From Tubiluchus corallicola (lineage: Eukaryota; Animalia; Priapulida), in NCBI GenBank assembly GCA_030141605.1, contig JAQGDQ010000483.1:62001-126000 (forward strand): a stretch of 64,000 bases of DNA, given 5' to 3'. Each line of letters begins with the position of its first letter. Within the stretch, counting starts at the first letter, position 1. Below are positions 63,351 to 64,000 of the stretch, one piece after another. The notes beneath the pieces were generated by a model that saw only the letters and a list, made by a program, of their open reading frames with translations, was not told the origin of the DNA and made no database searches. The position numbers were made by a program, and so were the translations under genes.

Positions 63351-64000
63351 ACATTTTTTTTAAATCCATGAGTCTACTGTAGGCTGAGTGAAAGCTGTTT
63401 TGTCTCAGGTTAACACCAAAGACATTAGGACCAAGCACTCATAGGTTTCCCCATTTTTTTGACATCTTTTGATGACGGTAGCGCGTTGCTGGTGCATCTG
63501 GCTTCAATCTCTTAACCCCATCACCACGGCAGGTGTCCACGTTTCTACTACTCGATCATCCATTTGAATTATTAATTATTTCTCGCACCTGTCCAGTTCT
63601 CGGCAATTCAAGCATCACTAAATGAGATTAAAGGTAGCATGTTTTGTTAGTACCCCAGCCAACTCAACAAATTAACATGTACTACACAATATTCCAGAAA
63701 CCTGCGCGGAAGTCTAACAGACCGGAACTAGTATAATTCGTTTCTTTCGATTCCTGGAATAAAACCTTTCTTGCTAAGCTTCTACGCCAGATATTGTCTG
63801 AAGCCAGACTGTTGAAACAAATTTATCGAGCAGCGCGCTGGCGCAAAGGCTTTAAATTGCGAAAATTCTTACAATAGTTTCACACGAAGCATGTTTTTTG
63901 TGTGGCCATTATCTTGCCTCCCTACAGGTAAAATATGCATAGAATCTTTATTAGCAGACCACACGTATCCGCTTACAACATTGTGGGGTGGGGAAATATT

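Overview
AT-rich eukaryotic DNA, most likely from an invertebrate animal; the species cannot be named from this sequence. I find no intact protein-coding gene, tRNA, rRNA or CRISPR array, and most ORFs in the track are chance or microsatellite frames. The window looks intergenic or intronic and is full of decayed mobile elements. These include non-LTR retrotransposon fragments (CR1/L2-group, RTE, RTE-X-like and I/Jockey-like, with YADD and PQG motifs, PHD fingers and simple-repeat tails), a Meta-domain SINE, tRNA-like SINE heads, three MITE/non-autonomous families each present twice, and hAT, Sola-like and Kolobok/KolX-like coding remnants. The most distinctive structures are a 27-bp minisatellite built on the palindrome TCTGACGTCAGA (8 perfect CRE sites, higher-order organisation), 53-bp and 19-bp minisatellites, and a perfect 35-bp-arm hairpin with a template-switch signature. 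There are also several promoter- or enhancer-like motif clusters. All family assignments come from recalled motifs read by eye, not database searches. I cannot support a claim of a new biological system here.
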